A stretch of 64,000 nucleotides of DNA, from positions 21,640,001 through 21,704,000 of the forward strand of contig NC_086097.1 of NCBI RefSeq assembly GCF_963921235.1, written 5' to 3'. Within the stretch, counting starts at the first letter, position 1; the number at the start of each line of letters is the position of its first letter. Shown one piece after another: positions 25,566-39,925 of this stretch. The notes under the pieces are model-generated. The model saw only the letters and a program-made list of their open reading frames with translations. It did not search any database and was not told the origin of the DNA. The position numbers and the translations under genes are program-made. Source of the DNA: Mobula hypostoma. Its lineage: Eukaryota.

Positions 25566-26770
25566 TCAAAGTTCAAAGTAGATTTATTATCGAAGTACAT
25601 ATACTACCCTAAGATTAATGTTTGAAGGCATTCACAGTAAATTGAAAGAAACACAATGGAATCAGTGAAAAAATGCACATTACAAACAACCAATGTGCAA
25701 AAGACAACAAATTGTGCACATACAAAAAGAAAATAAATAATAATAACAACACATAAGTAAGCATTAAATATCAAGAACGTGAGTTGCAGAGTCTTTAGAA
25801 GTGAAATGTGGAATCTGTTCAGTTTAGTGGTGATTGAAGTTATCCCCTCTGGTTCAAGAGTCTGATGGTTGAGGGGTAATTACTGTTCCTGAACCTGGAG
25901 GTGTGGGACTTGAGGTTCCTCTACCTCCTTCCTGTGGCAGCAGTGAGAAGAGAGCATGGCCTGGATGGTGGGGGTCCTTGATGATGGATGCTGCTTTCCT
26001 GTGACTCCCCCTCTTGTAAAAGTGCACAATGGTGGTGAGGGCTTTACCTGTGATGGACTGGGATGTACCTACCACTTTTTGTAGTTTTTTCTATTAAAGG
26101 GCTTTGGTGTTTCTGTACCAGGCAGTGATGCAACCATTCATCTATACAAGTTTGTCAAAGAATTAGATGACATGCTGAATCTCCGCAAACTTTTAAGAAA
26201 TAAGAGGTTCTGCCATGACTTCTTTATAAAGGCAGTTATGTGCTGGATCCAGGACAGATGCGGAGGAATTTAAAATTCCTGAGCCTCTGCACCTCTGATC
26301 CCCTGATGAGAACTTGCTCATGGACCTCTGGTTTCCTCCTCATGCAGTCAATAATTAGCTCCTTGGTTTTACTGACATTGAATGAGGAGTTGTTGCCAGC
26401 TAGGTTTTCAACCTCCCTCCCATATGCTGATTTGATTCAGCCAGTGACAGTGGTATCATCAGCAAACTGAAATATGGCATTAGCGCTGTGCTTAGCCACA
26501 CAGTCATAAGTGTAAAGTGAGTAGAACAGGGGGCCAAGCACACAGCCTTGTGGTACACCTGTGCAGATGGAGATTGTGGAGGAGATGTTGTTGCCAATCT
26601 GAACCGACTGGGGTTTGCAAGTGAGGAAATCGAAGATCCAGCTGCTCAAGACGGTATTGAGGCCGAGGTCTTGGAGCTTATTGATTAGTTCTGATGGGAT
26701 GATGGTTTTGAATGCTGAGCTGTAGTCAATGAAGAGCATCCTGTTGTATGCATCTTCACTGTCCAGATGT
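25566..26770 (-). mobile_element. Rex1/L2-like LINE RT plus 3' end
   Basis: [13 protein letters not shown]...[22 protein letters not shown]...FADDTTV (26437-26739). Confidence 0.9.
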
Positions 26771-29379
26771 GTAGGAAGAAGAGATCAGTTTAGTTAGCCG
26801 TTTGATTATTTTTTAATTGGTTCAGCACAACATCGTGGACCAAAGGGTTCTATGTGTTATGAAAATCAAAAACAAAAAGTGGAAATCTAAAATCAAATCA
26901 GAAATTGCTGGAATCAGTCATGGATTAGGCAGCAACAGTGAAGAAAGTTTTGGTTTTATTAACTTCAGCCAACATTCCATTGAATCAACCCTTTTATACA
27001 CATCATTTGTGAACACATCACATTGGTGGAGCAGGTCCAGGAGGTGAATGGCTCGTTCTCAATCCTGTTTTACCCTGCTGTAGGATTGCAGGGAAAATTT
27101 TGGTCACAGCACTAGGAAGAACTCTTTTTAAAATGGCGCTCTGCAATCCTTATCATCCTCGGAAAGGACATCCATTTACTCTTCTGAGCAGGAAAGCAGT
27201 AGTAGTTCCTCAGGTTTCCCATTCTGCATTATGAGTAGAGAGTGGAGTCTGATTTCATATAACATAGAATAAAAGATGAGTTTTATTTGTCACATGTACA
27301 TCGAAACATGGGTTGTTTTGTGTCAATGGCTGACACAGTTCGAGATGTGCTGAGGGATGGCTGAAACTCTCCATGCTTTTGGCATCAGTGTAGCATGCCC
27401 ATAACTTACTAACCCTAACCCATACGTGTTGGAAATGTGGGAGGAAACCCACGTGGGGAGAACATGCAAACTTCTTACAGACCGCAGTGGGAGTTAAACC
27501 TTGATCTTGCAGCGGGCATTGTGAAACATTCTGCTGAACGCTATGCTACTTTGCAGCACCGTCCTTTAGCCATAATGTCTGCACAAAACAAGATGCCAAA
27601 TTAAGCTCATTTATTTTGTCTGTACATGATCCATTTCCGGCATATTTGTACTTCGACCTAACAGCCTTTGAAGTACCACTGATCAGAATACTTCTTGGCC
27701 AGGACTCTGGGGAGTACTGTCTTACTGCTCTTTAAATGCTGCACTGGGAGTCTCCCAACTGGGTGAAATATTACCTAAAGTCAAATCATTGTCAGACAAC
27801 CCTGTGCTTCACATGGGAATCCCCTCATTCAGTCATGTGTAGAGTATTCGACAATTACACCGTGCAATAAAATGCATTGTGAATCCTGGCGTACTTGGAT
27901 TTCCTAACTGTCAGGAATGATTGATCAAGCCACGAATTTTAAGAGGAAACGATATTGCCCCAAATCAATGTGCTGGCATATTCTTCCATAACCTTTATGG
28001 CAACAATTCATCACTGTGGCCTTAACAGCAACATCTGCTTGTGCGATGTGATGCACAGTTAATGAGTGAAATGAAATAAATATGAATGGTATTGGTTGAC
28101 ATCAAAGGTAGTAGTGAAATAATAGTTGTCATGGAATCAAAGCATCTTTATCTGGATCCATTAGGTGTCAAAATTCTGTTAAAGTAACTGGTACCATCAT
28201 TGCAAACAATAATAAATAATTACAGTTAGCCACCAGTTTGTTGTAAACACAGACAGCTCCATCCTGGGCGTCAGCCTCCCCAGCATCAAGGACTTCTTCA
28301 AAAGGCCAATGCCTCAAAAAGGCGGCATCCATCGTTGCTCACCCCATCACGCAGGATGTGCCTTCTTCTCATTACTACCATCAGGGAAGAGGTATGGGAG
28401 CCTGAAGACACACGCCCAACGTTTTAGGAACAGCTTTCCCCCCTCTGCCATCAGATTTCTGGATGGACAATAAACCAACCCTTGAGCACTACCTCACTAT
28501 CTCACTATTTTTTTGCTCTCTTTTTGCACTATTTATCTAATTATGCATATTAAGTTCATGTATTACTATAATTTATAGTTTCTTATGTATTGCATTGTAC
28601 TGCTGCCACAAAACAATAATTTTCTTGACACATGCCAGCGATATTAATTCTGATTCTGATTTAGTTTGTTGGAATTATACCTCAGGAGCCTGAAGAGATT
28701 TTATTTATTAGCTAAAACATTCGAAAACTTTTACAGATGTACCATGGAGAGCGTTCTGACTGGCTGCGTTGTTGTCTGGGATGGGGTGGGCGGGTGCTAC
28801 TGCACTGGATTGAAGTTGCAGAAAGTTGTGTAAAATTAATCAGCTCCACGTGGAGACTAGCCTCCATAGTAACCAAGTCATCTTCGAGGAGTGGTGCCTC
28901 GGGAAGCCTGCGTCCAGCATTAAGGACCCCATCACCCAGGGCATGCCCTCTTCTCACTGTTACCATCAGGAAGGAGGTACAGAAGCCTGAAGGCACACAC
29001 TCAGCGATTCAGGAACAGCTTCTTCCCCTCTGCCGTCCGATTCCGAAATGGACATTGAACCCATGAACACCACCTCACTACTTTTTTTTATTTATTTCTG
29101 TTTTGCACTACTGATTTTAACTATTTAATGTACATACATTTCACGACATATGCCAGTGAAGTTAAACCCGATTCTGATTCTGATTCAAATTTGATTGCTC
29201 CATGTTTTTATCCCTGATACCATACTTGGTTCAGTATTGTTTACCTACAGTCATTTCAGATTTATTAATCATATATACATTGAAACACACTGTGTAATAT
29301 GTTGTTTGTGTTAAGTATCAACACACCCAAGGATGTGCTGGGGGCAGCCCGCAAGTGTCGTCATACATTCTGGCAGCTG

Positions 29380-32300
29380 GGCTTAAGGGCTTAGCTCTTT
29401 GAGGCTTCAGCGAAGAGAGTTTTCACTCAGAGCAAAGGAAAGAAAAGCTCAAGTTTTTTCTTTCTCTTCTGTATATCTGCCTGGGTAGGACCGTAGAGAT
29501 GTCAGGCAGGATAGTGTGATGCTGCTCTTGCAGGATGTGGGAAGGTAGGGAGACCTCCGGTATCCTTGACCGCTACGACTGTGAGGAGTGCATCGAGCTA
29601 CAGCTTCTAACAATCTGCGTTATGGAGATGGAGCTGGAACTGGATGAAATCCAGATCATTCAGGAGGCTGAGGGGGTGATAGATAGGACATATAGAGAGG
29701 TAGTTACACCCAAGATGTAGGACCCAGGAGACGAGGTGACAGTCAGGAAGGGGAAAGGGATTAAGCAGCCGATGCAGAGTACCCCTGCGGCCATCCCCCT
29801 CAACAACAGGTATATCACTTTGGATTCTGTTGGGGGGATGGCCTAACAGAGGAAAGCCACTGTGGTTGTGTCTCTGGCACTGAGTCTGCCTCTGTGACTC
29901 AGAAGGGAAGGGGGACGAAGAGGCACGTTGTGTTGATAGGGGATTTGTTATTTGGCAAACAGACAGGAAGCTCTGTGGGCGAGAATGAGATTCCCGGATG
30001 GTATGTTGCCTCCCAGATGCCAAGATCCAGGATATCTCTGGTCAAATCCTCAGCATTCTGAAGTGGGAGGGTGAACAACCAGAAGTTGTGGTCGATGTAG
30101 GTACCAATGCGGGTGCTAAGTTAAACGGCAGGACTTCCAGGGTTCTCAGGATTGTGATCTCAGGATTGCTACCTGTGCCACCTACTAGTGAGGCCAGAAC
30201 TAGAAGGTGTGGTATAGGAGGGAGGGCATAAGACTTTTGGATCTTCCAGAGAAGGTGGTACTTGTATAGAATGGATGGTTTACACCTAAATTGGAGAGGG
30301 GGCTAAGATCCTAGCAGGAAGGTTTGTTAATACTGCACAGTGGGGGTTAAATAAGAGTTGCAGGGGGGTGGGAACCAGAATGCCAGAACAGTTAATGGAG
30401 AGGTGTGGAGGCCGATGTAGGTAAGACCTCAGACGAAGTCAGGAATCAAAAGGTTGAGCATGATGTGACAAAATTGAAATCAGTGAATCCCGGACTGAAG
30501 GTGCTGTATCTAAATGTGTGCAGTATATGGAATAAGGCAGAAGAACTTGCAGCACAGTTGCAGATTGGCAGGTATGATGTTGTAGGCATCACTGAGCCAT
30601 GGCTGAAAGATTGTAGCTGGGAGCTTAATGTCCAAGGATACACATTGTAACGTAAGGATTGGCAGGAAGGCAGAGGGGGTGGCTTTGCTCTTTTTGTAAA
30701 AAATCAGATCATTAGAAAGAGGTGACATAGGGTCAGAATGGTTGAATCATTATGGATGGAGTTAAGGAACTAGGAGAGTAAAAAAAAATGCTGATGGGAG
30801 TTGTATGAAGACCCCCTAGCAGTCATAAGGATTTGTTATTTAGGAAACAGACAAATTACTGATTACAGCAGGAGATAGAAAATGCATGATGTGAAGGGCA
30901 ATATTACAATAGTCATGGGGACTTCAATATGCAGGTAGATTGGGAAAATCAGGCTGGAGCTGGATTACAGGAGAGGGAATTTCTGGAGTGTCTATGAACT
31001 AGCTTTTTAGAGCAGCTTGTGGTTGAGCCCACTCAAGGATCAGCTAAGTTGGGTGTTGTGCCAGAATTGATTAGAGAGCTGAAGGTAAAAGAACCCAAAG
31101 AGGAAAGTAAAATTCACCCAGAAATTTAAGAAGGAGAAGCTAAAGTCATATGTATCAGTATTACAGTAGAGTAAAGGGAATTACAGAGCCATGAGAGAGG
31201 AGTTGGCTAGAATTGATTGGAAAAGAACACTGGCAGGGATGATAGCAGAGCAGCAATGGCTGGAATTTCTGGAAGCAATTCGGAAGGATATATACACCCC
31301 AAAGAGGAAGAAGTATTCGAAAGGAAAGATGACACAACTGTGACTAGCAAGAGAAGTCAAAGCCAACATAAAAGCCAAAGGGAGGGCATATAATAGAGCA
31401 AAAATTAGTGGGAAGCTTAAGGATTGGGAAGCTTTTAAAACCCAACAGAAGGCAACTAAAAAAGTTATTAAGAAGGTAAAGATGGAATATGAAAGTAAGC
31501 TAGTCAATAATATTAAAGAGGATACCAAAAGCTTCTTCCAATACATAAAATGTAAAAGAGAAACAAGTGTGGATATTTTACTGCTGGAAAACGATGCTGG
31601 AGAGGTAGTAATCGGGGACAAGGAAATGGCGGACAAACTGAAAGAGTGTTTTGCATCAGTCTTCGCTGTGGAAGACACTAGCAATATGGTGGAAGTTCCA
31701 GGTGTCAGGGGGAATGAAGTGTGTGAAGTTACCATTACTAGACAGAAGGCTCTTGGGAAACTGAAAGGTCTGAAGGTAGATAAGTCACCTGGACCAGATG
31801 GTGTACACGCAAGAGTACCGAAAGGGATAGCTGAAGAGATTATGGAGCCATTAGTAATGATCATTCAAGAATCTCTAGATTCTGGAATGGTTCTGGAAGA
31901 CTGGAAATTGCAAATGTCACTCCACTCTTCAAGAAGGGAGAGAAGAAGAAGAAAGGAAACTTTTCAGCCATTTCAGCCCTGGGAAAAAGACTCTGACTAT
32001 CCACACGATCAATGCTTCACATCATCTTATACACCTCTATCAGGTCACCTCTCATCCTCTTTCACTCCAAGGAGAAAAGGCCAAATTCACTCAACCTATT
32101 CTCATAAAGCATGGTCCCAATCTAAACAACATTCTTGTCAATCTCCTCTGCACTCTCTCTATAGTATCCACATCCTTCCTCTAGTGAGGTGACCAGAACT
32201 GAACACAGTACTCCAAGTGGTATCCAACTAAAGTCTTATATAGCTGTAGCATTACCTAACGGCTCTTGAATTCAATCCCATGGATGATGAAGGCCAACAC

Positions 32301-32812
32301 ACCATACGCCTTCTTAACAACACTGTCAATCTGCACAGCAGCTTTGAGTGTCCTATGGACATTGATCCTAAGATCTCACTGATCCTGTGCGCTGCCAAGA
32401 GTATTTGATGGCTCTGGGCCTGTATTCACTAGAATTCAGAAGAATGAGGGGTAATCTAATTGAAAGGCCTTGATAGAGTGGATGTGGAGAGGATGTTTCT
32501 TGTGTGAGAGAGTTTAGAGGACACAGCCTCAGAACAGAGGGATGTCCTTTTAGAGTGGAGATGAGGAAGAATTTCTTTAGCTAGAGAGTGGTGAACCTGT
32601 GGAATTCTTTGCCACAGGGAGCTGTGGAAGCCAAGTCTTCATATATATTTAAGGCAGAAGTTGATAGATTCTTGATTGGTCAGGGCATGAAGGGATACGG
32701 AGAGAAAACAGGAGATTGGGGCTGAGAGAAAAATTCTATCAGCCATAATGAAATGGCAGAGCAGACTTGATGCACTAGTGACCTATTTCTGCTCTTATAT
32801 CTTATGGTCTTT
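29380..32812 (+). mobile_element. Long decayed CR1 LINE (5'UTR, ORF1, APE endonuclease, start of RT region, 3' end), with an inverted CR1 piece at about 31965-32400
   Basis: ORF1-like CEECIELQLL...ELELDEIQII and esterase-like PEVVVDVGTN; APE LYLNVCSIWNK...YDVVGITEPWL; KSPGPDGVH; tcttatggtctt tail. Many stops and frameshifts. Confidence 0.85.
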
Positions 32813-33194
32813 TGGTGTTATTCTGGCACTGACATTGCATGCCCACCATGTTCAGAGATGACAGGAAGCAACAACAACAACAACAACAACAGAACAAAAC
32901 AAGTCAATAACAACAAAACAAGCCCCTTTTCCACCTTCCCACCCTCTCACCCACTCACACATAGACAGGCCCTCAACCTCAGCACCTCCTGCCAAGGGCT
33001 TCCAGTGCTTGCCTTTCAGTGTCACAGTCATCCTGCCTCAAATGTCCACCCTAGGTGATTTGACTTAGTTCAAAGCACTGACAATGTCCTAAGCCAAATT
33101 GTTCTGGCAGAAAGATTAATGCAATAAGAGTCCTTCTTTGGCAGGTAACTAAGAAGCTCGGTGAAGGCAGACGGTGGTAGACATTGCATGGATG

Positions 33195-33825
33195 TTATAC
33201 AGCCTTTTCCTCGCAGGTGCCAGGGTCAGTGATGTCTCAGATTGGGTCCACAGACTTCTAAAGGGGGAGGTGAGTGGCCAGAAGTCTACTTGTTGGCACC
33301 AATGGCATTGGTAGGGGAAAAGGGAGGAGGTCCTGAAGAGGGAGTTTAGGGACTTAGACAGCAAGCTGAAAAGCAGGACCTCTAGGGTAGAAATCTGTGG
33401 ATTGCAGAGGGGGTGGGTTCAGATTTCTGGATCTCCTTTGGGGAAGGTACGACCTGCACAAAAGAGACATGTTACGTCTGAACCCAAGGAGGACCAGGAG
33501 CCATGCGGGCAGGTTTTCTAGAGTTGCTGGAGAGTGTTTAAACTAATTTGACAGATGGGAACGGAAGTGACAGGGCTGAGAATGGGACAGTAGCTACACA
33601 AGCAGATGTAGTGTGTAGTGAGACTGTCAGGAAGGATAAGCAGGTGATTGGGCAAAATTGCAGTCATTGGGATGAGTTGAAGTGTATCGGTGACAAAATC
33701 AAAAAAGGGTGACGGATAATGGACTGAAGGTTTTACATTAGAATGCACACAGTATATGGAATAAGGTAGATGATCTTGTAGCACAGTTAAGAGACTGGCA
33801 CGTATGACATTGTGGGAATCACTCC
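33195..33825 (+). mobile_element. CR1 ORF1/ORF2 junction fragment
   Basis: Similar to 30000-30600 of the CR1 above. Confidence 0.7.
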
Positions 33826-35650
33826 TATCAGATCAGAATCAGAATCAGCCAGGTTTGGCCCATCGAGTCTGCTCGCCAATTCATCATGGCTGATCCAATT
33901 TTCCTCTCAGCCCCAATCTCCTGCCTTCCCCTCTCCCCCACCCTGTATACCGGCATATGTCATTTAATTTGTTGTCTTTGCAGCAGCAATGCAATACATA
34001 ATAATAGAAGGAAAACATGAATTACAGTATAAATATAGAAACATAGAAAACCTACAGCACAATACAGCCCCTTCAGCCCACAAAGTTGTGCCGAACATGT
34101 CTCTACCTTAGAAGTTACTAGGCTTACCCATAGCCCTCTATTTTTCTAAGCTCCATGTACCTATCCGAAAGTCTCTTAAAAGACCCTATCGTATCAGCAT
34201 ATATATAAAATAGTTAATTAAGTAGTGTAAAAATAGAAATAAAAAGTAGTTGAGGGGTTCAAAGTTCATTCAGAAATCAGATGGCAAAGGGGAAGAAGGT
34301 GCTCCTGAATGGTTGGGTGTGTGCCTTCAGGCTCCTGTACCTCCTCGCTAATGGTTACAATGAGAACAAGCCTTGACCGGAGTGAAGGGGCTCCTTAATG
34401 ATGGATGTTGCCATTTTGAGGCATCATTCCTTAAAGATGTCCTGGATACTATGGAGGCTAGTATGAGGATACTCGATTGGCCAGTGGTGGAGCTGACTAC
34501 ACCTACAACTCTGCAGCTTACTTCGATCCTGTGCAGTAGGCATACTAGACAGCGTTGTGCCTTCTTTGTAGCTGCATCAATACGTTGGGTCAAGGATAGA
34601 TCCTCAGAGGTAATGATATCCAGGAACTTGAAATTTTTCACCCTTCCCACTTCTGATCCCCCTATGAGGATTGGCATGCGTCCCCTTGTCTTAATCTTTC
34701 TGAAGTTCCCAATCAGTTCTTTGGTCTTGCTGATGTTGAGTGAAAGGTTGTTGCTGTGACATCCTTCAGCTAGTTGATAGATCTCATTCCTGCATGCCCT
34801 CTCGTCATCATCTGAAATTCTGCCAGTAATAGTTGTATCACCAGCAAATTTATAGATGCCATTTGAGCTGTGCCTAGCTACATGGGTGTAGACAGGTGAA
34901 TGAGGCGTGCTTTATGACCTTTTGACTCCAAGAGGAAAAGACAAACTGCTCAAAAAACTCAGCATGTCAGGCAGCATCTGCAGAAGCAAAGGGATGGTCA
35001 GTTTTTTGGCTGAGGCCTTGGATTAGGACCAGCCATCCCTCTTGCTCCACAGATGCTGCCTGAGCTACTGAGAATATATTGACTAGATGCATCACGGCAT
35101 GGTGTGGAAACACTAAGGCCCTTGAATGGAAAATCCTACAGAAAGTAGTGGACACAGCCTAGTCCATCACAGATAAACCCACCCACTACTGAATACATCT
35201 CCATGAAATGCTGTTTCAGAAAAGCAGCATCTATCATCAGGGACCCCCACCACCTTGGACATGCTCTCTTCATGCTGCTGCCATCAGGAAGAAGGTACAG
35301 GAGCCCCAGGACTCGCATCACCAGCTTCAGGAACAGTTACTACCCCTCAACCATCAGGCTCTTGAACCAAAGGGGATAACTTTCCAACTTCACCTGCTCC
35401 ATCCTTGAAATGTTCCCACAACCTATGGACTCGCTTTCAAGGACCCTTCATTTCATGTCCTCAATATTTATTGCTGATTTATTTACTATCATTTATTTCT
35501 TTCTTTTTGTGTTTGTGCAGTTTGTTGTGTTTTGCACACTGGTTGAATGCCCACATTGGTATGGTCTTTCATTGATTCTGTTATGGTTATTATTCTGTGG
35601 ATTTATTGAGTATGCCTGAAAGACAAATCTCAGGGTGGTATATGGTGATA

Positions 35651-35680
35651 TACAGTGCCTAGAGAAAGTATTTACCCCTG
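35651..35680 (+). mobile_element. Tc1-like terminal inverted repeat remnant
   Basis: TA followed by CAGTGCCTAGAGAAAGTATTTACCCC, a typical Tc1-family terminus; partner TIR not found. Confidence 0.45.
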
Positions 35681-35751
35681 GCTGATCCATGAGCAGTGGT
35701 CCAGTGGCATGGAATGCACGGTGACTGGGGACCCTTCACTGCTATTGTGAT

Positions 35752-36095
35752 GGTCATAGTCATACTTTATTGATCCCGAGGGAAATTGGTTTTCGTTACA
35801 GTCGCACCATAAATAATTAAATAGTAATAAAACCATAAATAATTAGATAGTAATATGTAAATTATGCCAGGAAAGAAGTCCAAGACCAACCTATTGGCTC
35901 AGGGTGTTTGACCCTCCAAGGGAGGAGTTGTAAAGTTTGATGGCCACAGGCAGGAATGACTTCCTATGACGCTCAGTGTTGCATCTCGGTGGAATGAGTC
36001 TCTGGCTGAATGTACTCCTGTGCCCAACCAGTCTATCATGTAGTGGATGGGTGATATTGTCCAAGATGGCATGCAACTTGGACAGCATCCTCTTT
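35752..36095 (-). mobile_element. Rex1/Babar-like 3' fragment, same family as 53805-54945
   Basis: KRMLSKLHAILDN...RKSFLPVAIKLYNSS; sits between parts of an RTE-type short element (about 35685-35750 and 36100-36300). Confidence 0.85.
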
Positions 36096-36509
36096 GATGT
36101 GTCATCATCTTCTGCCAGCTCCATTGTTGAAGACTTGGTTGGGTTGCTCTTTATCTGGAACCCTCTCCTTGGCCTTACAGCCATGGGCGAATCTACCAGG
36201 AAATAGAGGCTAGATGGCTAAACTCCAGATGACATTGCTCTTGGGATGTCAGGAATTCACAAGGCTCTACACCACAGCAAGTTGATGATCCTTGGAGGAG
36301 TGTATGACTCTATGACACAACAAACTCCAACAAGCACTGAGGGAAAAATAATCAGCTAATTTGCTTTCATGTATTGGTTGTGCTAACCACTATGCTACTG
36401 TGTACGCTACAAGTTCATAACTTTACTTTGAAATTTGAACTTTGTAATGGAAAAGGAGTAGATCACTCAGCTCCACTTTCTTCTTTACCATTCAATAAGA
36501 TCACAGTTG

Positions 36510-36930
36510 CAAAAGACAGGAAATACTGGAGGAACTCGGCAAGTCAGGCAGCACCTATGGAGCGGAATAAGCAGTCGATGTTTCAGGCCAAGACCCTCCA
36601 TTAGGACTGGAAAGGAAAGCAGCAGATGTCAGAATAAGAAGGGCAGAAGTACAAGGTGGCAGGTGATAGATGAAGCCGGGTGAGGGGGAAAGTAGTTAGG
36701 TGGGGGAAGAGGGATGAGGTAAGGAGCTGGAAGGTGATAGGTGGATGAGATAAAGTGTTGAAGAAGGAATGTGATGGGAGAGGTTGGAGGACAATGGAAG
36801 AAAGGGCAGGAGAAGGGGCTTCAGAGGGAGATGAGAGGCAGGTGAGGAGAAGAGAAGGAGTAAGAGGTGAGCTAGAATGGGGAATGGAAAAAGAGAGAGG
36901 GGAGGGGTTAGAGAAATTGATATGCAAATA
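36510..36930 (-). mobile_element. Penelope-like 3' end with degraded hammerhead (36572-36609)
   Basis: Minus strand CAGTC-CTAATGG-AGGGTCTTGGCCT-GAAA-CATC-GACTG: perfect stem I, mutated core. Confidence 0.75.
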
Positions 36931-37855
36931 ATTTTGTAGCATTCTCTCAGGAGAAGGGAATTGGCCATTTAAGAATGGAGTAAAGAAGGTGCTTAAGAGC
37001 AGAGTGCTTATAGTGGGACAAAGAACTGTAGTGAAAACCAACATTGGATCAGTGTGTTTAGAAGCCAGTCTCAGATTACCTCACACATTTCAATCCAACT
37101 CATTTCTATCATGTCTAGAATTCATTCTTTGTGCTGCATTTTGTCAGCATATCATGTAAATCAATAAATACTTTTGAAAATGCAATACAAGCACTCTCTG
37201 CTAAACATTGTTAAACATTAGTCCTTGGAGGCTGAATTAACTGATCTTCTTTTCCTTTACCACAAACAATTTTGTATAATTTTGTAGACATACTTTGTGA
37301 AAGATTAAAGAAAAGATTAGCTTTATTTGTTACATGAAATTCGAAACATACAGTGAAGAACGTTTTTTCCATCAAGTCTAATCAGTGAGGATTGTGCTGG
37401 GCAGCCCACTAGTGTCGCCATGCTTCCTGCACCAACACAGCATGCCACAGTTTACTAACCCTAACCTGAACATTTTTGGAATGTGAGAGAAGATTGAAAC
37501 ACCTGGAAGAAAGCCACGCAGTTATGGGGAGAACGTACAAACTCATTCCAGGCAGTACTGGGAAACAGATCCTGATCTTACAGCCAGTGCTGTACAGCAT
37601 TGCGCTAATCACTAACCTTTCTTCTGATTGGAATATTTGCTCCAGCATAGAATCTACACAAACAGTGAAATATGGAATAATGCCGTAGATTGCAGTTTGA
37701 TTCCTGGGATGAAAGGGAAGGAGATATTGAGGTGAATGGGACCATACTCGCTGGCATTTAGAGGAATGACATGGTATCTTACTGAAACTGGCAAAGCTGT
37801 CAGAGGGACTGTCATGTTATTTGGCTAGAGAGTTGGGAACTAGGAGGCATTTTCT

Positions 37856-38776
37856 CATAGAACCATAGAAACTACAGCACAGAAACAGGCCCTTTGGCCC
37901 TTCTTGGCTGTGCCGAACCATTTTCTGCCTAGTCCCACTGACCTGCACACGGACCATAATCCCTCCATACACCTCCCATCCATGTATCTGTCCAATTTAT
38001 TCTTAAATATTAAAAAAGAACCCGCATTTACCACCTCATCTGGCAGCTCATTCCATACTCCCACCACTCTCTGTGTGAAGAAGCCCCCCCTAATGTTCCC
38101 TTTAAACTTTTCCCCCCTCACCCTTAACCCACGTCCTCCGTTTTTTTTCTCCCCTTGCCTCAGTGGAAAAAGCCTGCTTGCATTCACTCTATCTACACCC
38201 ATCATAATTTTATATACCTCTATCAAATCTCCCCTCATTCTTCTACGCTCCAGGGAATAAAGTCCCAACCTATTCAACCTTTCTCTGTAACTGAGTTTCT
38301 CAAGTCCCGGCAACATCCTTGTAAACCTTCTCTGCACTCTTTCAACCTTATTTATATCCTTCCTGTAATTTGGTGACCAAAACTGAACACAATACTCCAG
38401 ATTCGGCCTCACCAGTGCCTTATACAACCTCATCATAACATTCCAGCTCTTATACTCAATACTACGATTAATAAAGGCCAATGTACCAAAAGCTCTCTTT
38501 ACGACCCTATCTACCTGTGACGACACTTTTAAGGAATTTTGTATCTGTATTCCCAGATCCCTCTGTTCCACTGCACTCCTCAGTGCCTTACCATTAACCC
38601 TGTATGTTCTACGTTGGTTTGTCCTTCCAATGTGCAATACCTCACACTTGTCAGTATTAAACTCCATCTGCCATTTATCAGCCCATTTTTCCAGCTGGTC
38701 CAAGTCCCTCTGCAGGCTCTGGAAACCTTCCTCACTGTCTACTACACCTCCAATCTTTGTATCATCAGCAAACTTG
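37856..38776 (-). mobile_element. Young 5'-truncated CR1 with uninterrupted RT C-terminal frame
   Basis: KFADDTKIGG...LVRPNLEYCVQFWSP...FFTQRVVGVWNELP open without stops; TTCTATGGTTCTATG tail. Confidence 0.95.
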
Positions 38777-39299
38777 GTGAGGGACTTCAAGAATAAGTGG
38801 TTTTGATATTGGCTTATTATTGTCATTTGTACCAAGATACCGTAAAAAAAATTTGTTTGCATGTCATCCAGGCAGATCATGCCAAGCAAAAGTACTTTGA
38901 GATAGCGTCAATCCATTCTCCTACCAACCTTCTTCTTCTTTCACCTCAGGAGAGGAACCTTGGAAGAAGATTGGAATAGGGCTGGAACCTTGATCATTTA
39001 TTCTTAAAATCCTTCTCATGTACAACTAATGACCAGAAGACGTTCTCCCAGCAACACCAGAATGAATATAGATCATAGAACAGTACAGCATAGGACCATT
39101 GGTCTGCAATGTTGTGTTGCTACTTCAACCTATGGTTTGTCTCCCACATAGCCCTCCATTTTTCTTTCATTCCTGAACCTGTATGAGAGTCTCTTAAATA
39201 GCCCTAATGTACCTTCCTCTATCACCACCTCAAGCAGCGTGTTCCACATACCCACCACTTTCTGTGTAAAATGTTCGATGTGCAAAGTACCTTAAGAAT

Positions 39300-39925
39300 A
39301 TCTTTATTGTCATTGTTGTGGAGCAATGAAACACAGTTTAGCAGCTCAACGTTTTGCAGCACGACAAGAATATATACATAAGATAAACTCTAAAACCTCA
39401 GGAATGCAGTTCAAAATTAATAATATATGGATGGGGGGGGTAGGACTATTGCACACCTGCCATTCCTGGAAGTGTGATGCATTTAGCTGCCGCCGTCTTA
39501 GGAGGGGGGCAGGAGAAGGGAAGGGGGTGTTATACATTTCACTGCTTGTGGGTAGAAGCTGTTAAGGAGTCTCTTTGTTTTCGTCCTTAATGCTCTGTAT
39601 CTCTTCCCAGAAGGTAGAGGGGAAAGCAGGTGATGTCCAGGATGAGTGGGATCCTTTGAAATACAAGTAGCCGTCTTTTGAAGTCTGCCAGTATAAATGT
39701 CTCTGAGGGAGGGTAATGTTGTGCCAATAACCCGCTCTGCTACCCTCAGCACCCGCTGCAAGTCCTTCCTGTTCTGTTCTGTGCAGCTGGCAAACCACAC
39801 TGCATAGCAATACGTCAGGAGGCTCTCTATAGTTGTCCGATAGAAGTTGATCAGCAGGTGATGAGGGAGGAGAGTGTGCTTTAGCTTCCTTAGGAAGTGG
39901 AGCCTCTGTTGGACCTTCCCCACCT
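39300..39925 (-). mobile_element. Rex1/L2-like LINE 3' fragment
   Basis: KVQQRLHFLRKLK...FYRTTIESLLTYC...LPSGKRYRAL...NSFYPQAV. Confidence 0.85.

Noticed and set aside
37855..38889. 344-aa RT ORF as a host gene or active element
   Set aside because: 5'-truncated CR1; the N-terminus reads in from unrelated flank and the endonuclease and most of RT are missing.
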